Assembly (NCBI GenBank): GCA_963723965.1
Contig: CAVRSV010000012.1
Span: 547,544 to 611,543 of the forward strand
DNA: 64,000 nt
Origin: an uncultured Acidobacteriota bacterium
Lineage (GTDB): Bacteria; Acidobacteriota; UBA6911; RPQK01; JAPXNP01
Reading direction: 5' to 3'
Shown: piece after piece, positions 50,064-59,519 of the stretch
Numbering within the stretch: position 1 is the first letter of the stretch
How the letters are laid out: each line of letters starts with the position of its first letter
The notes under the pieces: model-generated
Databases searched by the model: none
Told to the model about the DNA's origin: nothing
What the model saw: the letters and a program-made list of their open reading frames with translations, nothing else
Translations under genes and position numbers: made by a program

Positions 50064-50831
50064 TCAAAGGAAAGATTCAAGATAGCCGGGCCCGAAGAAA
50101 GCAACCGGATCGTCCAGCCGGAGCGGTTCGCGGACCAGAAAGGGCTCCCCATACTCGACACCGATGTAAGCGCCGTACTGGCGGGCCCTCGCCACGACGG
50201 CTTCCAGGAAGCCCGGGTGGCTGATGTTGGTATGCTCTTCCCCGGCCGGATCGCCCGAGCCGTGGAAGAACTGCGATCGGTAGGCCCGAATCGCCTCCAG
50301 CTTCCGGGCGTGGGTCTCCGAAATGTCGACGATGAAGCTGGGCCGGAATTCGTAGCGGGACGCATAGTAGAGCACGCGATTCGGACGGAAGGCCTCCTGT
50401 CCGGTGTCGATCTTCTTGAGACCGGCCAGAAAGGCGGCCTCCTGAACGAGTCGGCCTCCGCCGGCGTGATCGGGGTGGCGGTCCTCCCAATAGGGCGCCA
50501 GGACGATGCGGGGCCGCAACGCCCGGATGGCCCCAATCACCGCCAGCTTCTGCTCGGGACTGGGTCGCAGGTCACCGTCGGGCAGTCCCAGAATCGAATG
50601 GTGGGTCACCTCCAGCAGGGCGGCGGCCGCGGCGAACTCCCGGGCTCGGACTTCCGCACCACCCCGCGTTCCAAGCTCCCCGGCCGTCAGCGCGACTACG
50701 CCCGTCCGGTACGTCATGCGGGCCAGTTTGATCAGAGTCCCCGCGCAGGTCAGTTCGACGTCGTCGGGATGCGCCCCGAACGCCAGGACATCGAGCGGAC
50801 CGTCGCCATTCGTCGGATTCTTCATCGTCAT
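50064..50831 (-). CDS. bshB1: Bacillithiol biosynthesis deacetylase BshB1 (PIG-L/LmbE family)
   Basis: The product has LDVLAFGAHPDDVELTCAGTL (AHPDDE motif) and HPDH. Confidence 0.75.
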   Translation of the reverse strand: MTMKNPTNGDGPLDVLAFGAHPDDVELTCAGTLIKLARMTYRTGVVALTAGELGTRGGAEVRAREFAAAAALLEVTHHSILGLPDGDLRPSPEQKLAVIGAIRALRPRIVLAPYWEDRHPDHAGGGRLVQEAAFLAGLKKIDTGQEAFRPNRVLYYASRYEFRPSFIVDISETHARKLEAIRAYRSQFFHGSGDPAGEEHTNISHPGFLEAVVARARQYGAYIGVEYGEPFLVREPLRLDDPVAFFGPGYLESFL

Positions 50832-50868
50832 TTCACGAGGCCGGGTCGCTCTTCCCGGCCCCGCCTCC

Positions 50869-52308
50869 TCAGCGTGCCCCGCGTCCCGTGAACACGGCCG
50901 GGATCGTCTTCAGCATGATGCGCAGATCGAGCCAGAAAGACCAGTTGTCGATGTACTGCAGATCCATCTCCATCCACTTCTGGAAATTGATGTCGCTCCG
51001 ACCCGAGACCTGCCACAAACAGGTGATTCCCGGCTTGACGCTGAGGCGCCGACGCTGGCCGATGGCGTAATGTTCGACTTCCTCGGGCAGGGGCGCCCGC
51101 GGACCCACGATGCTCATCTCGCCCTTGATCACGTTCCAGAGCTGGGGCAGCTCATCGATGCTGAACTTGCGCAGGAAGCGTCCCAGCGGGGTGACCCGCG
51201 GGTCGTTGCGCATCTTGAAGACGGGGCCATCCATCTCGTTCAGGTGCCGGATCTCCCAGAGCCGGTCCTCCGCCCCATGGATCATGGTCCGGAACTTCAC
51301 CAGCCGGAACCGCCGCCCGTGCAGACCGCAGCGGACCTGGCGATAGAAGACGGGACCCTGGGAGGTAAACTTGATGGCGGCGGCAATCAATGCCAGGACC
51401 GGCGAGAGCAGGGTGAGACCCAGGGCCGCCACGAAGAAATCAACGATCCGCTTGGCAACGATCTCGAGGCTGTGTTCGGGAACGGTCGAGAATGTGATCA
51501 GCGGCAGGTTGTCGAAGTACTCGAGCGACACGGCCGAAGCCGACGGCGGCAGGAAGTCGGCCGCAATGCGTGTCCGAATGCCGATCTGCTCGCACAGACG
51601 GAGGATGTCTGCGTAGTCCTCCAGATCCTTCTTCGAGGTACCGCAGAAAACGATCTCGTCGGCCGGCGCGCTTTGCTGCAGGAGGCTCGGCAAATCTTCG
51701 ACCCGCGCGACCACCTCGGAGTCATCGATGACCTCCGGGTGCCCATTGTTCCGAACATATCCGACAACGTGATAGCCCCACTTTCGCGCCGATTCGAGGA
51801 TCTCTCCCACGCGCAGGGCACTGCGGTCCGTGCCCACGATGAGGATACGGACCTGATTGTGTTCGTTGATGTTGCGACTTCGCAGGACGAGATGGAAAGC
51901 GACCCGGTTGGCCAACAGGAGACCGAGCAGCACCCCGAAAAAGGTGAAGAAGACGGGACGGCTCACCTCCAGTTTCAGGGCGAAACTCAACAATCCCATC
52001 GCGCTGCCCGCCAGCACGATGAAATAGAGAAGGCGCTCCGCCTGTCGGCTCAGCGGTCGGCGCAGCAGGGTTTCGTAGTGCTGCGTCAGCAACAGTGCCC
52101 CCAGCCAGACGGGAAGGGACAGGAGCAGGAATCCGAAATAGTCCTGAAGCGGGAGCAGAATCGGATTGAAGTGTCCGCTGAACTCGCCGGGCGCCAGTCG
52201 CACGAGCAGCGGCCGGGCATAATAGGCGATCAGCAGCGCGGGCAGGACGCTGACCGCGTCGGCCGCGAGGAGAATCCTGGAGTACACGCGGTAATGTCGA
52301 TCGAACAT
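50869..52308 (-). CDS. Undecaprenyl-phosphate sugar phosphotransferase (WbaP/EPS polyprenyl glycosylphosphotransferase family)
   Basis: ATG at 52308 gives MFDRHYRV... followed by multiple TM helices. The C-terminal catalytic domain has LSVKPGITCLWQVSGRSDI and DNWSFWLD. The upstream part of the 924 aa track ORF is a spurious extension. Confidence 0.7.
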   Translation of the reverse strand: MFDRHYRVYSRILLAADAVSVLPALLIAYYARPLLVRLAPGEFSGHFNPILLPLQDYFGFLLLSLPVWLGALLLTQHYETLLRRPLSRQAERLLYFIVLAGSAMGLLSFALKLEVSRPVFFTFFGVLLGLLLANRVAFHLVLRSRNINEHNQVRILIVGTDRSALRVGEILESARKWGYHVVGYVRNNGHPEVIDDSEVVARVEDLPSLLQQSAPADEIVFCGTSKKDLEDYADILRLCEQIGIRTRIAADFLPPSASAVSLEYFDNLPLITFSTVPEHSLEIVAKRIVDFFVAALGLTLLSPVLALIAAAIKFTSQGPVFYRQVRCGLHGRRFRLVKFRTMIHGAEDRLWEIRHLNEMDGPVFKMRNDPRVTPLGRFLRKFSIDELPQLWNVIKGEMSIVGPRAPLPEEVEHYAIGQRRRLSVKPGITCLWQVSGRSDINFQKWMEMDLQYIDNWSFWLDLRIMLKTIPAVFTGRGAR

Positions 52309-52373
52309 CGGTTTGCCTCTGCGGGCCCGAACCGGCGATTCTCCCCCGTTCCGGCCGGGTCCTGCCTTCCCCT

Positions 52374-54011
52374 CTACAAGTATAGAATCTTGTGCGCGCT
52401 GCATTCCGATTCGACAGCGCCGATCAGTCGCTCGATAAAGTCGGGTCCACCCTCGTTCAGAAAGTAGTTGAAGTTCAGGCACCGCTCCTGCAATTTTCTG
52501 GCCGGCGCCAAATGGTGCGAGAGGTGGTCCAGGTGCCGCCGCACCACCGCGTCCCGCTCCGCCCGGTTGGCCACGAGACGGCGCTTGACCTTCTCGATCT
52601 GGTACAGGATCTTGGACTCGGCCTTCTTCGTCATTTCGAGCTCCGGCGCCTCCAGTCCGGCGCCCAGGGAACTCTCGAACAACACCCGGACATTCTGCTC
52701 GACGCAGGCCCGCAACGCCTCCAGCTTGTCGAGGGCCGGCTGCTCGCCGCTGCCGCGCAGCAGCAACTCGGCCAGGTCTCGCGGCTCCATCTGGAGGACT
52801 CGAGAGGCCGGGATCTCGTATTTGTCGAGCAGGCGTCGGCTCTTTCGATCGACGATGGTGAAGGCCGAACGCGGGCAGGCCATCGGCTCCTGGCCAAAAT
52901 AGGGAGCAATGGCGTTGACCTGGGCGTAGTAGGCGATTTCGGCGGGACCCAGCACGGACGTGACCGTCGGAAAGAGGTAGTCCTGGACGATCGGCCGGAG
53001 CAGGACGTTGGGCGCCAGACGCACTTTTCCGGACGCCAGACCCTGGAGCAGCGTCTCGGCCGAGTAACGATCCCGGGAGCGATCCCGCACCCGGAACGCT
53101 CCGTCCGCCGCCTCCAGCTTGTAGCGACCTTCGCCTTCGAGCCAGAAGAGGAAGGTCTCGGCTTCGTCGACCATCACCTGAGGTTCGAATCCGGCCGCCC
53201 GCAACCGCCGGCGGCGTTCGAGGGAGACCTCGACCAGTTCCTCCCTGCGGGAGATGACCGTTTCGAACAGGCCGCTCAAGCCGCCCCGATATCCCTCGAT
53301 GAGGGGATCGAAGAAGACCAGTCCCTGCTCCCGGAAGACCCGGGAGATCCAGCGCACGAAGGCTTCGCGAAAGGTCCGGCGGGGCGCGTAGTCCTCCAGC
53401 ATGGAATCGCGGATGCGGGCCGAGGGAAGGCCGCTCTCGAGGGAGGTTCGGACCGGAGCGAGCCAGGATTCCCAGTCGTCGATGCGGGTAGTCCCCGCCA
53501 TCTGTTGCTCGTCCGATCGGACATCGGGATGGCTCACCGAGAAGAGTCCGCCGTCGCCGTCGACAAAGTGGGTCGTTCGCACCTCGTCGAAATCGGAATC
53601 GTCGGCGGCCAGCCAGAACACCGGGACGGCCGCAATTCCCCACGTCCGGAGACGCCGCGCTAATTCCACGGCCGTCGCCGCCTTGTAGGCGGTATAACAG
53701 GGGCCCCCGAGCAGCCCCACCTGCTGACCCGTCACCACCGCTACCGTTTCGGGATCGGCCAGCAGCGCCAGATTGTCCAGCGTGGCCTGCGAGGCGCCGA
53801 GCCGCCGGTTGTAGTCTTCCAGCAGTGCACTCAGCTGCTGTCGCGGGAATCGCTCCCGTTCCAGGACGCTCCGGGCACGGGACTTCCAGGCATCGGGCGA
53901 CGCCGGCAGGGGATGATAGAACTCCGCGACCTTCCCGAAATCATAGAGATAATCCAGGAAGAGAGGGTTCTGATCCGGCAGCTCCCGATAGTCGATACAC
54001 TCCGATTTCAT
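52374..54011 (-). CDS. bshC: Bacillithiol biosynthesis cysteine-adding enzyme BshC
   Basis: ATG at 54011 gives MKSECIDYRELPDQNPLFLDYLYDFGKVAEFY. This is the BshC N-terminus and ~545 aa length, with the VVTGQQVGLLGGP motif. The start overlaps the dapA-like stop (ATGA). Confidence 0.7.
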   Translation of the reverse strand: MKSECIDYRELPDQNPLFLDYLYDFGKVAEFYHPLPASPDAWKSRARSVLERERFPRQQLSALLEDYNRRLGASQATLDNLALLADPETVAVVTGQQVGLLGGPCYTAYKAATAVELARRLRTWGIAAVPVFWLAADDSDFDEVRTTHFVDGDGGLFSVSHPDVRSDEQQMAGTTRIDDWESWLAPVRTSLESGLPSARIRDSMLEDYAPRRTFREAFVRWISRVFREQGLVFFDPLIEGYRGGLSGLFETVISRREELVEVSLERRRRLRAAGFEPQVMVDEAETFLFWLEGEGRYKLEAADGAFRVRDRSRDRYSAETLLQGLASGKVRLAPNVLLRPIVQDYLFPTVTSVLGPAEIAYYAQVNAIAPYFGQEPMACPRSAFTIVDRKSRRLLDKYEIPASRVLQMEPRDLAELLLRGSGEQPALDKLEALRACVEQNVRVLFESSLGAGLEAPELEMTKKAESKILYQIEKVKRRLVANRAERDAVVRRHLDHLSHHLAPARKLQERCLNFNYFLNEGGPDFIERLIGAVESECSAHKILYL

Positions 54012-54889
54012 CTCTGATCGATCCGCTCGAGCACTGCCCGCACCTGCTCGCACTCCGCCTCGTTCAGCGGCGCCAGGGGCCGCCGGCAGTGCAAACCTTC
54101 GTAGCCCATCCGGTCCATGGCGCACTTGATTCCGGGGACACCCAGACCCCGTATCACCGTCGCCGAGAGGAGAGTGATCCGTCTCTGGACCGCCCTGAAT
54201 TCGGAATCGGGCCGACCGGCGCGCGATGCCTGTTCGACCAGCAACTCCGGGATGATGCAACTGGCCCCCAGGACGGCCGCCTCGACACCCAGTTGCCGGG
54301 CGAAAGCGAAGGTCTCGGCCGATCCACTCATCAGCTGGAACGTCTGCCCTTCGACGGCAGCCAGCACTTCCTGCAGGTAGATCAGGTTTCCGGAGCTCTC
54401 CTTCATGCCGGCGATATTCGGGTGGGCCGCCAACTCCTGTACGACGGCAACGGGCAATTCGATTCCGGTCAGTTGGGGAATGTTGTAGAGATAGACCGGA
54501 AAGGGCATCTGCGCGGCGACTTCGGCAAAGTAGTCGCTGAGGGCGGTCCGCGTCATCCGCGACCGGTAGTAGGAGGGAACGGTGACCAGAAGCCCGTCGA
54601 GCCGGTGACCTGCCAGCCGGTCGGCCAGGCGCAGGGCCTCCGCCCCACTCTGGGCGGGGACACCGGCGATCAGACAGCGATCGGGCGGAATCAGGCGGGC
54701 CGCTTCCTCCACCAGCCGGAGTTTCTCGTCATCGGACAGATGCAGCCCTTCCCCGGTCGTCCCGGCGACGACGAAACCGCTCAGAGGCGTCTCGAGGTAG
54801 CGCTCCAGGTTCCGGCAGAAGGCATTCAGCTGCAGGTCTCCGGCGACCCCAAAGGGAGTGGCCAGCGGTGCGATCACGCCGCGAAACAT
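54008..54889 (-). CDS. DapA-family (4-hydroxy-tetrahydrodipicolinate synthase / class I aldolase) protein
   Basis: The product has APLATPF, GFVVAGTTGEG and the Schiff-base Lys region (NIAGMKES). Confidence 0.65.
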   Translation of the reverse strand: MFRGVIAPLATPFGVAGDLQLNAFCRNLERYLETPLSGFVVAGTTGEGLHLSDDEKLRLVEEAARLIPPDRCLIAGVPAQSGAEALRLADRLAGHRLDGLLVTVPSYYRSRMTRTALSDYFAEVAAQMPFPVYLYNIPQLTGIELPVAVVQELAAHPNIAGMKESSGNLIYLQEVLAAVEGQTFQLMSGSAETFAFARQLGVEAAVLGASCIIPELLVEQASRAGRPDSEFRAVQRRITLLSATVIRGLGVPGIKCAMDRMGYEGLHCRRPLAPLNEAECEQVRAVLERIDQR

Positions 54890-55712
54890 CGTCTCTCCTC
54901 CCCTGCTCGAACCCGGCGGTCCACCGGTCTTTCTGATTCAGGTCCTGCTCGTTTGAGGGGCCGGTCCGGCCCTGTAGACAAACACCGCAAGTTACGTGGG
55001 ATCCCGCCTCCCACGCGACCGTGTGTCGAAGCCTCTACTCTATCGGATTTCAGACCACCACGCCACTGGGCGGACCGTTCCGAGTCCCGAGGTTTCGGGT
55101 TTCGGGGGCGCGTCGGCGAAAGGGCTGGGGCCTCCGATCGGTGTGTCCTCACTGGAGTGAGTTCTCGGCAGCTTGATCTCACGCCAAGCCGCCAAGTACG
55201 CAACGCCGCAAAGGAATTCTGTGTGGGCGGCGGCTTGGCGTACTCTGCGTCTTTGCGTGGAACCAACCCGCCGTGCATTCGCCTGCCTGCCAGCGTCCGA
55301 TCCGACAACGGCCCTTGCCATTCGGACAACCTGCCTTCGCCCTTCGCCCCTCTCCTCGCACTTCGCCCTTCGCACTTCGGCGTTGGGCCTTCGCCGTTCG
55401 GCCCGGAGAACGGGAGGGCGGGAGCGCGGGATGCCGCTCCGTATTTCAGAACCCGAACGAAGTGAGGCGCCCCGCGCCGGGCCCGGAGAACGGGAGGACG
55501 GGAGTCTCGCGAGGGGGGGTGGGAACCGCGTCAGAGCGATTCGGGCAACACGCCCCGGAAGTGCCAATTCGAAACCTCCCGTTTCCCGTTTCCCGGCTCC
55601 CGTCTCCCCCAGAACGCGGAACCCTTGCCACTTGGGCAACACGCCCCCGGGGATTCGGTCCCCCGGGGCGCCCGAGGGCGCCCCGGGCGCTTCACGTGCC
55701 GCAGGCCTTGTC
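54890..55712. repeat. 820-bp gene-free spacer dense in short tandem repeats
   Basis: There is no credible ORF in the spacer. It contains ggtttcgggtttcggggg (55091-55108), CTTCGCC-type heptamers (55333-55404) and a ~75-bp tandem duplication beginning gcccggagaacgggagg (55403 and 55479). It also contains gggcaacacgcccc x2, cgtttcccgtttcccggctcccgtctcccc and a GC palindrome (ggggcgcccgagggcgcccc) next to the comEA stop. Confidence 0.6.
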
Positions 55713-56072
55713 TCAGCTCTGCTTCTGTTTCTGTGGCTGGGCCGGTTTCGGCTGGGCCGCTTCGGGCTGCTCGGTCTCCGGTTTGGCGGGGGCCCCGACC
55801 GTGACCCGGTCCTTGAGGCTGAGGAACTTCTTCTCGCCGATTCCCCGCACCTCCATCAGGTCTTCGACCTTGCCGAAAGGACCGTTCTTTTCGCGGTACT
55901 CGACGATACGGGCCGCGATGGCCGGTCCGATGCCCGGCAGTTCATCCAGTTCCTGGATGCTCGCCGAATTGATGTCGATGACCTTGGCGGGCTGGGCCAG
56001 GACGTCGCCCGCCCCCCAGACCATCAGTCCCAGCACTGCAACCACTGTGAGAAGAACACTTTTCTTGAACAT
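55713..56072 (-). CDS. comEA: ComEA-like helix-hairpin-helix DNA-binding protein
   Basis: The product has a signal/anchor peptide followed by IDINSASIQELDELPGIGPAIAARIVEYREKNGPF...LMEVRGIGEKKF, the tandem HhH motif. Confidence 0.75.
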   Translation of the reverse strand: MFKKSVLLTVVAVLGLMVWGAGDVLAQPAKVIDINSASIQELDELPGIGPAIAARIVEYREKNGPFGKVEDLMEVRGIGEKKFLSLKDRVTVGAPAKPETEQPEAAQPKPAQPQKQKQS

Positions 56073-56135
56073 GACTTTCCTCCTTCGGGCGCGTCATGCG
56101 CCTCTTACCAACCATTAACGTTCGAGAAGGAAAAT

Positions 56136-56954
56136 CTACGAACCGAGGAAGAAACGAATGTACCAGCCGACGAAGGCCGGACCGCCCAGAGTGACGAAAA
56201 TGACCGCCAGGCCCAGGAAGGAACCAAAGGGGAGCTCGTAACGCCGGTTCTGGCCGAAAAGCCAGATGTAGAGACCGCCCACGACCGCGCCGAGCAGCGA
56301 ACCGAGCAGGATCGTCAGCCAGCTGAACTGCCAGCCCAGAAAGGCGCCCACCAGGGCCATCATCTTCACATCACCAAATCCCATGCCCTCGATCTTGCGC
56401 AGCTTGAGATAGGCCGTCGCCACGACCCAAAGAAAGCCGCCGCCGAAGAGAATCCCCAGACCCGAATTGAGATAGCTCCCGAGAACCGGACCGCCCCACG
56501 AGACCGATCCGGGCCCGTGCAGAAAGGCCGGGGACTGGAAGGGGGCCAGCAGAAAACCGACGGCCGTACCGCTCAGCGTCAACACGTCGGGCAGGATCCG
56601 ATCGAACAGATCGATGAAAATCAGGGCGATGATCAGGCAGAAGAAGACGGCGTTGAGAAAGAAGGCAGGCTCGAGGCCGAACCTCAGATAGAGTGCCAGG
56701 AAGCTGACGGCGGTGATGGCCTCGACGGTGGGGTAGACCCAGCTGATGCGACGGCCGCAGCCGCGGCAACGGCCCCGCTGCAACAGGTAACTCAGGAGGG
56801 GAATGTTTTCCCAGGGCCGGATGGCGCGGCCGCACTGGGGGCAGCGCGATGCAGGCGTGACCACCGAGATGCCCCTCGGCAGACGATAGATGCAGACGTT
56901 CAGGAAGCTTCCGAAGACCAGTCCGGCGATCACGACGAGCACTGCAGCCGACAT
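56136..56954 (-). CDS. pilD: Prepilin peptidase (A24 family; PilD/GspO)
   Basis: The product has GSFLNVCIYRLP...CPQCGRAIRPWENIPLLSYL...GRCRGCG (zinc-ribbon tetracysteine) and catalytic Asp-containing TM helices. Confidence 0.8.
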   Translation of the reverse strand: MSAAVLVVIAGLVFGSFLNVCIYRLPRGISVVTPASRCPQCGRAIRPWENIPLLSYLLQRGRCRGCGRRISWVYPTVEAITAVSFLALYLRFGLEPAFFLNAVFFCLIIALIFIDLFDRILPDVLTLSGTAVGFLLAPFQSPAFLHGPGSVSWGGPVLGSYLNSGLGILFGGGFLWVVATAYLKLRKIEGMGFGDVKMMALVGAFLGWQFSWLTILLGSLLGAVVGGLYIWLFGQNRRYELPFGSFLGLAVIFVTLGGPAFVGWYIRFFLGS

Positions 56955-57014
56955 CCGGGCGATTATAGGCGAAGGGGCTGCAATATGGGACGGCCTGGGA
57001 CCGATGGGGGATTA

Positions 57015-57120
57015 GAGACCGATGGGACCTCGCACTTGGCCACGGTCCATGCCGATCCCAGCTGTCCTATGTGTCCTATCTGTCCTCTCTGTCCTATCCG
57101 TCCTAGCCGTCGCATTGCCC
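57015..57120. repeat. Left flank of the tlpA cassette: 13-bp direct repeat gagaccgatggga plus (T)GTCCTAT x5 heptamer array
   Basis: The sequence is attagagaccgatgggacc...gctgtcctatgtgtcctatctgtcctctctgtcctatccgtcctagcc. Confidence 0.6.
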
Positions 57121-57135
57121 CATCGGAAGCGTACA

Positions 57136-57675
57136 ATGCGGCTCATGAGAATTCGCAGCCTCTTCCTGTTCGGCGTCCTTTGTGCCGCTGCGGTCGCCCC
57201 CCTGTCGGCCCAGCCCCCCTACGAGCACGAGTACCTGGTCAAGGTCGGAGACCTGGCCCCGGATTTCACTATCCGCGAGGCCTCGGGCAAGAGCTACCGC
57301 CTCTCCGACCTGAGAGGCGACGTCGTCATGCTCCAGTTCACGGCGAGCTGGTGCAGTGTCTGCCGCGGGGAGATGCCCTTCATCGAGAAAGAGATCTGGC
57401 AGGCCTGGAAGGACAAGGGCCTGCACGTGATCGGCATCGACCGGGACGAGCCGGTCGAGACCGTCCGCTCATTCGCCGGGCAGGTCGGAATTTCCTACCC
57501 ACTGGCCCTCGATCCGGGGGCGGCGATCTTCGCCCGCTATGCCGAAAAGGACTCGGGCGTGACGCGCAACGTCATCGTCGACCGCGAGGGAAGGATCATC
57601 TACCTGACCCGCCTGTTCGACCGCGCCGAGTTCGATGGAATGAAGGCGAGGATCGCGAAGGAGTTGCAGAAGTAG
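57136..57675 (+). CDS. TlpA-like thiol:disulfide oxidoreductase (thioredoxin fold, CxxC)
   Basis: ATG at 57136 gives MRLMRIRSLFLFGVLCAAAVAPLSA (signal peptide). The product has the redox motif FTASWCSVCRGEMP. Confidence 0.7.
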   Translation: MRLMRIRSLFLFGVLCAAAVAPLSAQPPYEHEYLVKVGDLAPDFTIREASGKSYRLSDLRGDVVMLQFTASWCSVCRGEMPFIEKEIWQAWKDKGLHVIGIDRDEPVETVRSFAGQVGISYPLALDPGAAIFARYAEKDSGVTRNVIVDREGRIIYLTRLFDRAEFDGMKARIAKELQK

Positions 57676-57785
57676 CGGGAATTGGGACGAGCTGGGACGG
57701 TCGAGACCGATGGGAATTCGAAGGAGTTCACGGTCCGGCCCGGGTCCCATGAGTCCCATGGGTCCCAGGCCGTCCCATTATTGTC
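57676..57785. repeat. Right flank of the tlpA cassette: 13-bp direct repeat gagaccgatggga plus GTCCCAT x4 and inverse TGGGAC copies
   Basis: The sequence is gggaattgggacgagctgggacggtcgagaccgatgggaattcg...gggtcccatgagtcccatgggtcccaggccgtcccatta. The 13-mer at 57703-57715 equals that at 57015-57027. Confidence 0.6.
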
Positions 57786-57788
57786 CGC

Positions 57789-59519
57789 TTACTGATCCCG
57801 CCGGGCGGTGACGAAGTCGTTCTCGTTGACGATGGTGAACATGGCCGTCTGCAGCGCCGTCAGCGCCTGCTGGTAGTTGACCATGGCGCCCAGTTCGTTC
57901 ACCTGGGCCGTGACCAGGTCACGCTGGTAGCGCAGGACCTCGAAGTTGGTCGAAAGCCCCGCCTCGAACCGCTTGTTCTCGCCGTCGAGCTGCTCCTGGG
58001 CGAGCTGACGCGCCAGCCGGGCCGCGTCCAGGGCCTTCCGCTGCGTCGCAATTCCTTCGTAGGCATTGCGGACATCCACGATGATGGCCTGCTGCTGGCT
58101 CTTCACCTGGCTTTCCAGAGAGCGCTTGTTGATCGCGTTCTGGGCCAGCTGGGCTTCGTTGCTCCGGTTCCGCAGCGGAATCTGCACGTTGAAGGCGGCA
58201 TCGTAGGTGAGGTAGTTGAATCCGAACGCCTGTCCCAGCACGTTGCCGACATTTCCATAGAAGGGGCTATCCGGGTGCCGGCGTCTTGGTCCCCGGTTCG
58301 CCCAGGCCGCCCGTCGTGTCGTAGACGGTTCCCGCCGTGCCGACGGAGCGAAGCCCGAGTACCAGGTTCACCTGGGGTTTGCCCTGATTGTGGTAGAACT
58401 TGCGGTCGATGTCGGATTGTTCGAGCTGCAGGCTGAGCTGCTCCAGCTCCGGCCGATTCTGCAGCGCCGTGTCAACGGCCGTGTTGAGGGTCACCTGAAC
58501 CTCCTTGACCTCGGGCTCATCCGTCGGAATCATGGTCTCGCTCCAGAGAGTGGAACGGGGATCGGGAGCCAGCAGGTTCTTCATGGCGTTCTGGGCCTGG
58601 ATGATCTGCACCTCGGAGGAGATCATGTCCTGCTCGCGGCTGGCCACCTCCGCCCGTGAGGACGTGATTTCGATGGGCGCCATGACTCCGATCTCCACCC
58701 GCTTCTGGTTGTTCCGGTAGGTGATGATCGCCATCTCGAGGGAGCGGCGCCTCGCCTCATAGTTCTGGATCGCGTAGACGAGTCCCCAGTACTGGTTCTC
58801 CACCCGCTGGAGGATCCCTGCCACGGCCTGCTTGAACTGGCTGTCGGAGATCTTCGTGTCCAGGTTGTAGATCTTCAGCTGGCGCTCGGTCTGGGTTTCC
58901 CGGAACCCGCTCCAGAGGGGCTGAGTGAAGTTGAGGGCGAAGATTCGAATCGTATTGAGGGTTGATGGTCGAGAATACGCTGTTCGAGGTCCCCCGGTTG
59001 TTATTGAAGTCCAGCTGGAAGTTGCCGCCCCCGACCACGTTCTGAAGTCAGGGTCGAATTGAAGGTCCAGGTCTTTCCAATCGTCGTCAGAATACCCGTT
59101 CCAGCTTGAAGAATGCTCGTGTTCGGCTGCGTACTGGAGTTCCATCCGAAGGTGAACTGGAGAACCGGGTCGTAGTAGCCCTTGGTCCCGAAAACCCGCA
59201 TCCGGCTGAGGTCCTCGTTGTAGTTCTGGATTTCGAGATCCAGGTTATTGGTCAGCGCCAGGCGGATGGCGTCCTTCATGGTGAGTTCCAGGACGGCCCC
59301 TTCCTTCTTGACCCGGTCGATATACGAGTCGGGAACCTGGAAGTCCTGTTCGGCGGCCTTCGTTGTCTGCTGGGGATTGGGCTGGTCCTGTCCCGGAATG
59401 GTCGGTTGGGGAGGAACCGACGGTGCCTGTTCGGAACCGGTAGTCCCCTGGGCCCATGCACCGGTGACCGCCAGGAATGCAACGACTATAAAGACCCTTA
59501 CCAAGCGAGCGACTTTCAT
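57789..59519 (-). CDS. TolC-like outer-membrane efflux channel, split into three ORFs by at least two frameshifts (possible pseudogene or indel errors)
   Basis: ORF 59001..59519 has a signal peptide and the first TolC helix (DAIRLALTNNLDLEIQNYNED). ORF 58267..59145 has the middle part (TQPLWSGFRETQTERQL...). ORF 57789..58241 has the C-terminus (...LSTNFEVLRYQRDLVTAQVNEL). Junctions are near 58950 and 58250-58300. Confidence 0.55.

Noticed and set aside
48681-50891. A 736 aa '+' ORF and a 2.4 kb '+' ORF (42731-45172) opposite bshA/bshB1 and sucA
   Set aside because: They are antisense shadows of strongly supported genes, with no motifs and His/Arg/Gly-rich composition.
54890-55712. Possibility that the repeat-dense spacer is a CRISPR array or tmRNA/RNase P gene
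   Set aside because: Repeat units are 7-20 nt with irregular spacing, not 28-37-nt repeats with unique spacers. No tRNA-like 3' end, tag-peptide reading frame or RNase P P4 consensus was recognised by eye. A structured sRNA cannot be excluded without covariance-model scans.
55173-57752. An 859 aa '+' ORF covering the repeat spacer, comEA, pilD and tlpA
   Set aside because: It is a composite read-through of non-coding repeats and antisense of comEA/pilD. Only the in-frame tlpA-like segment (57136-57675) is real.
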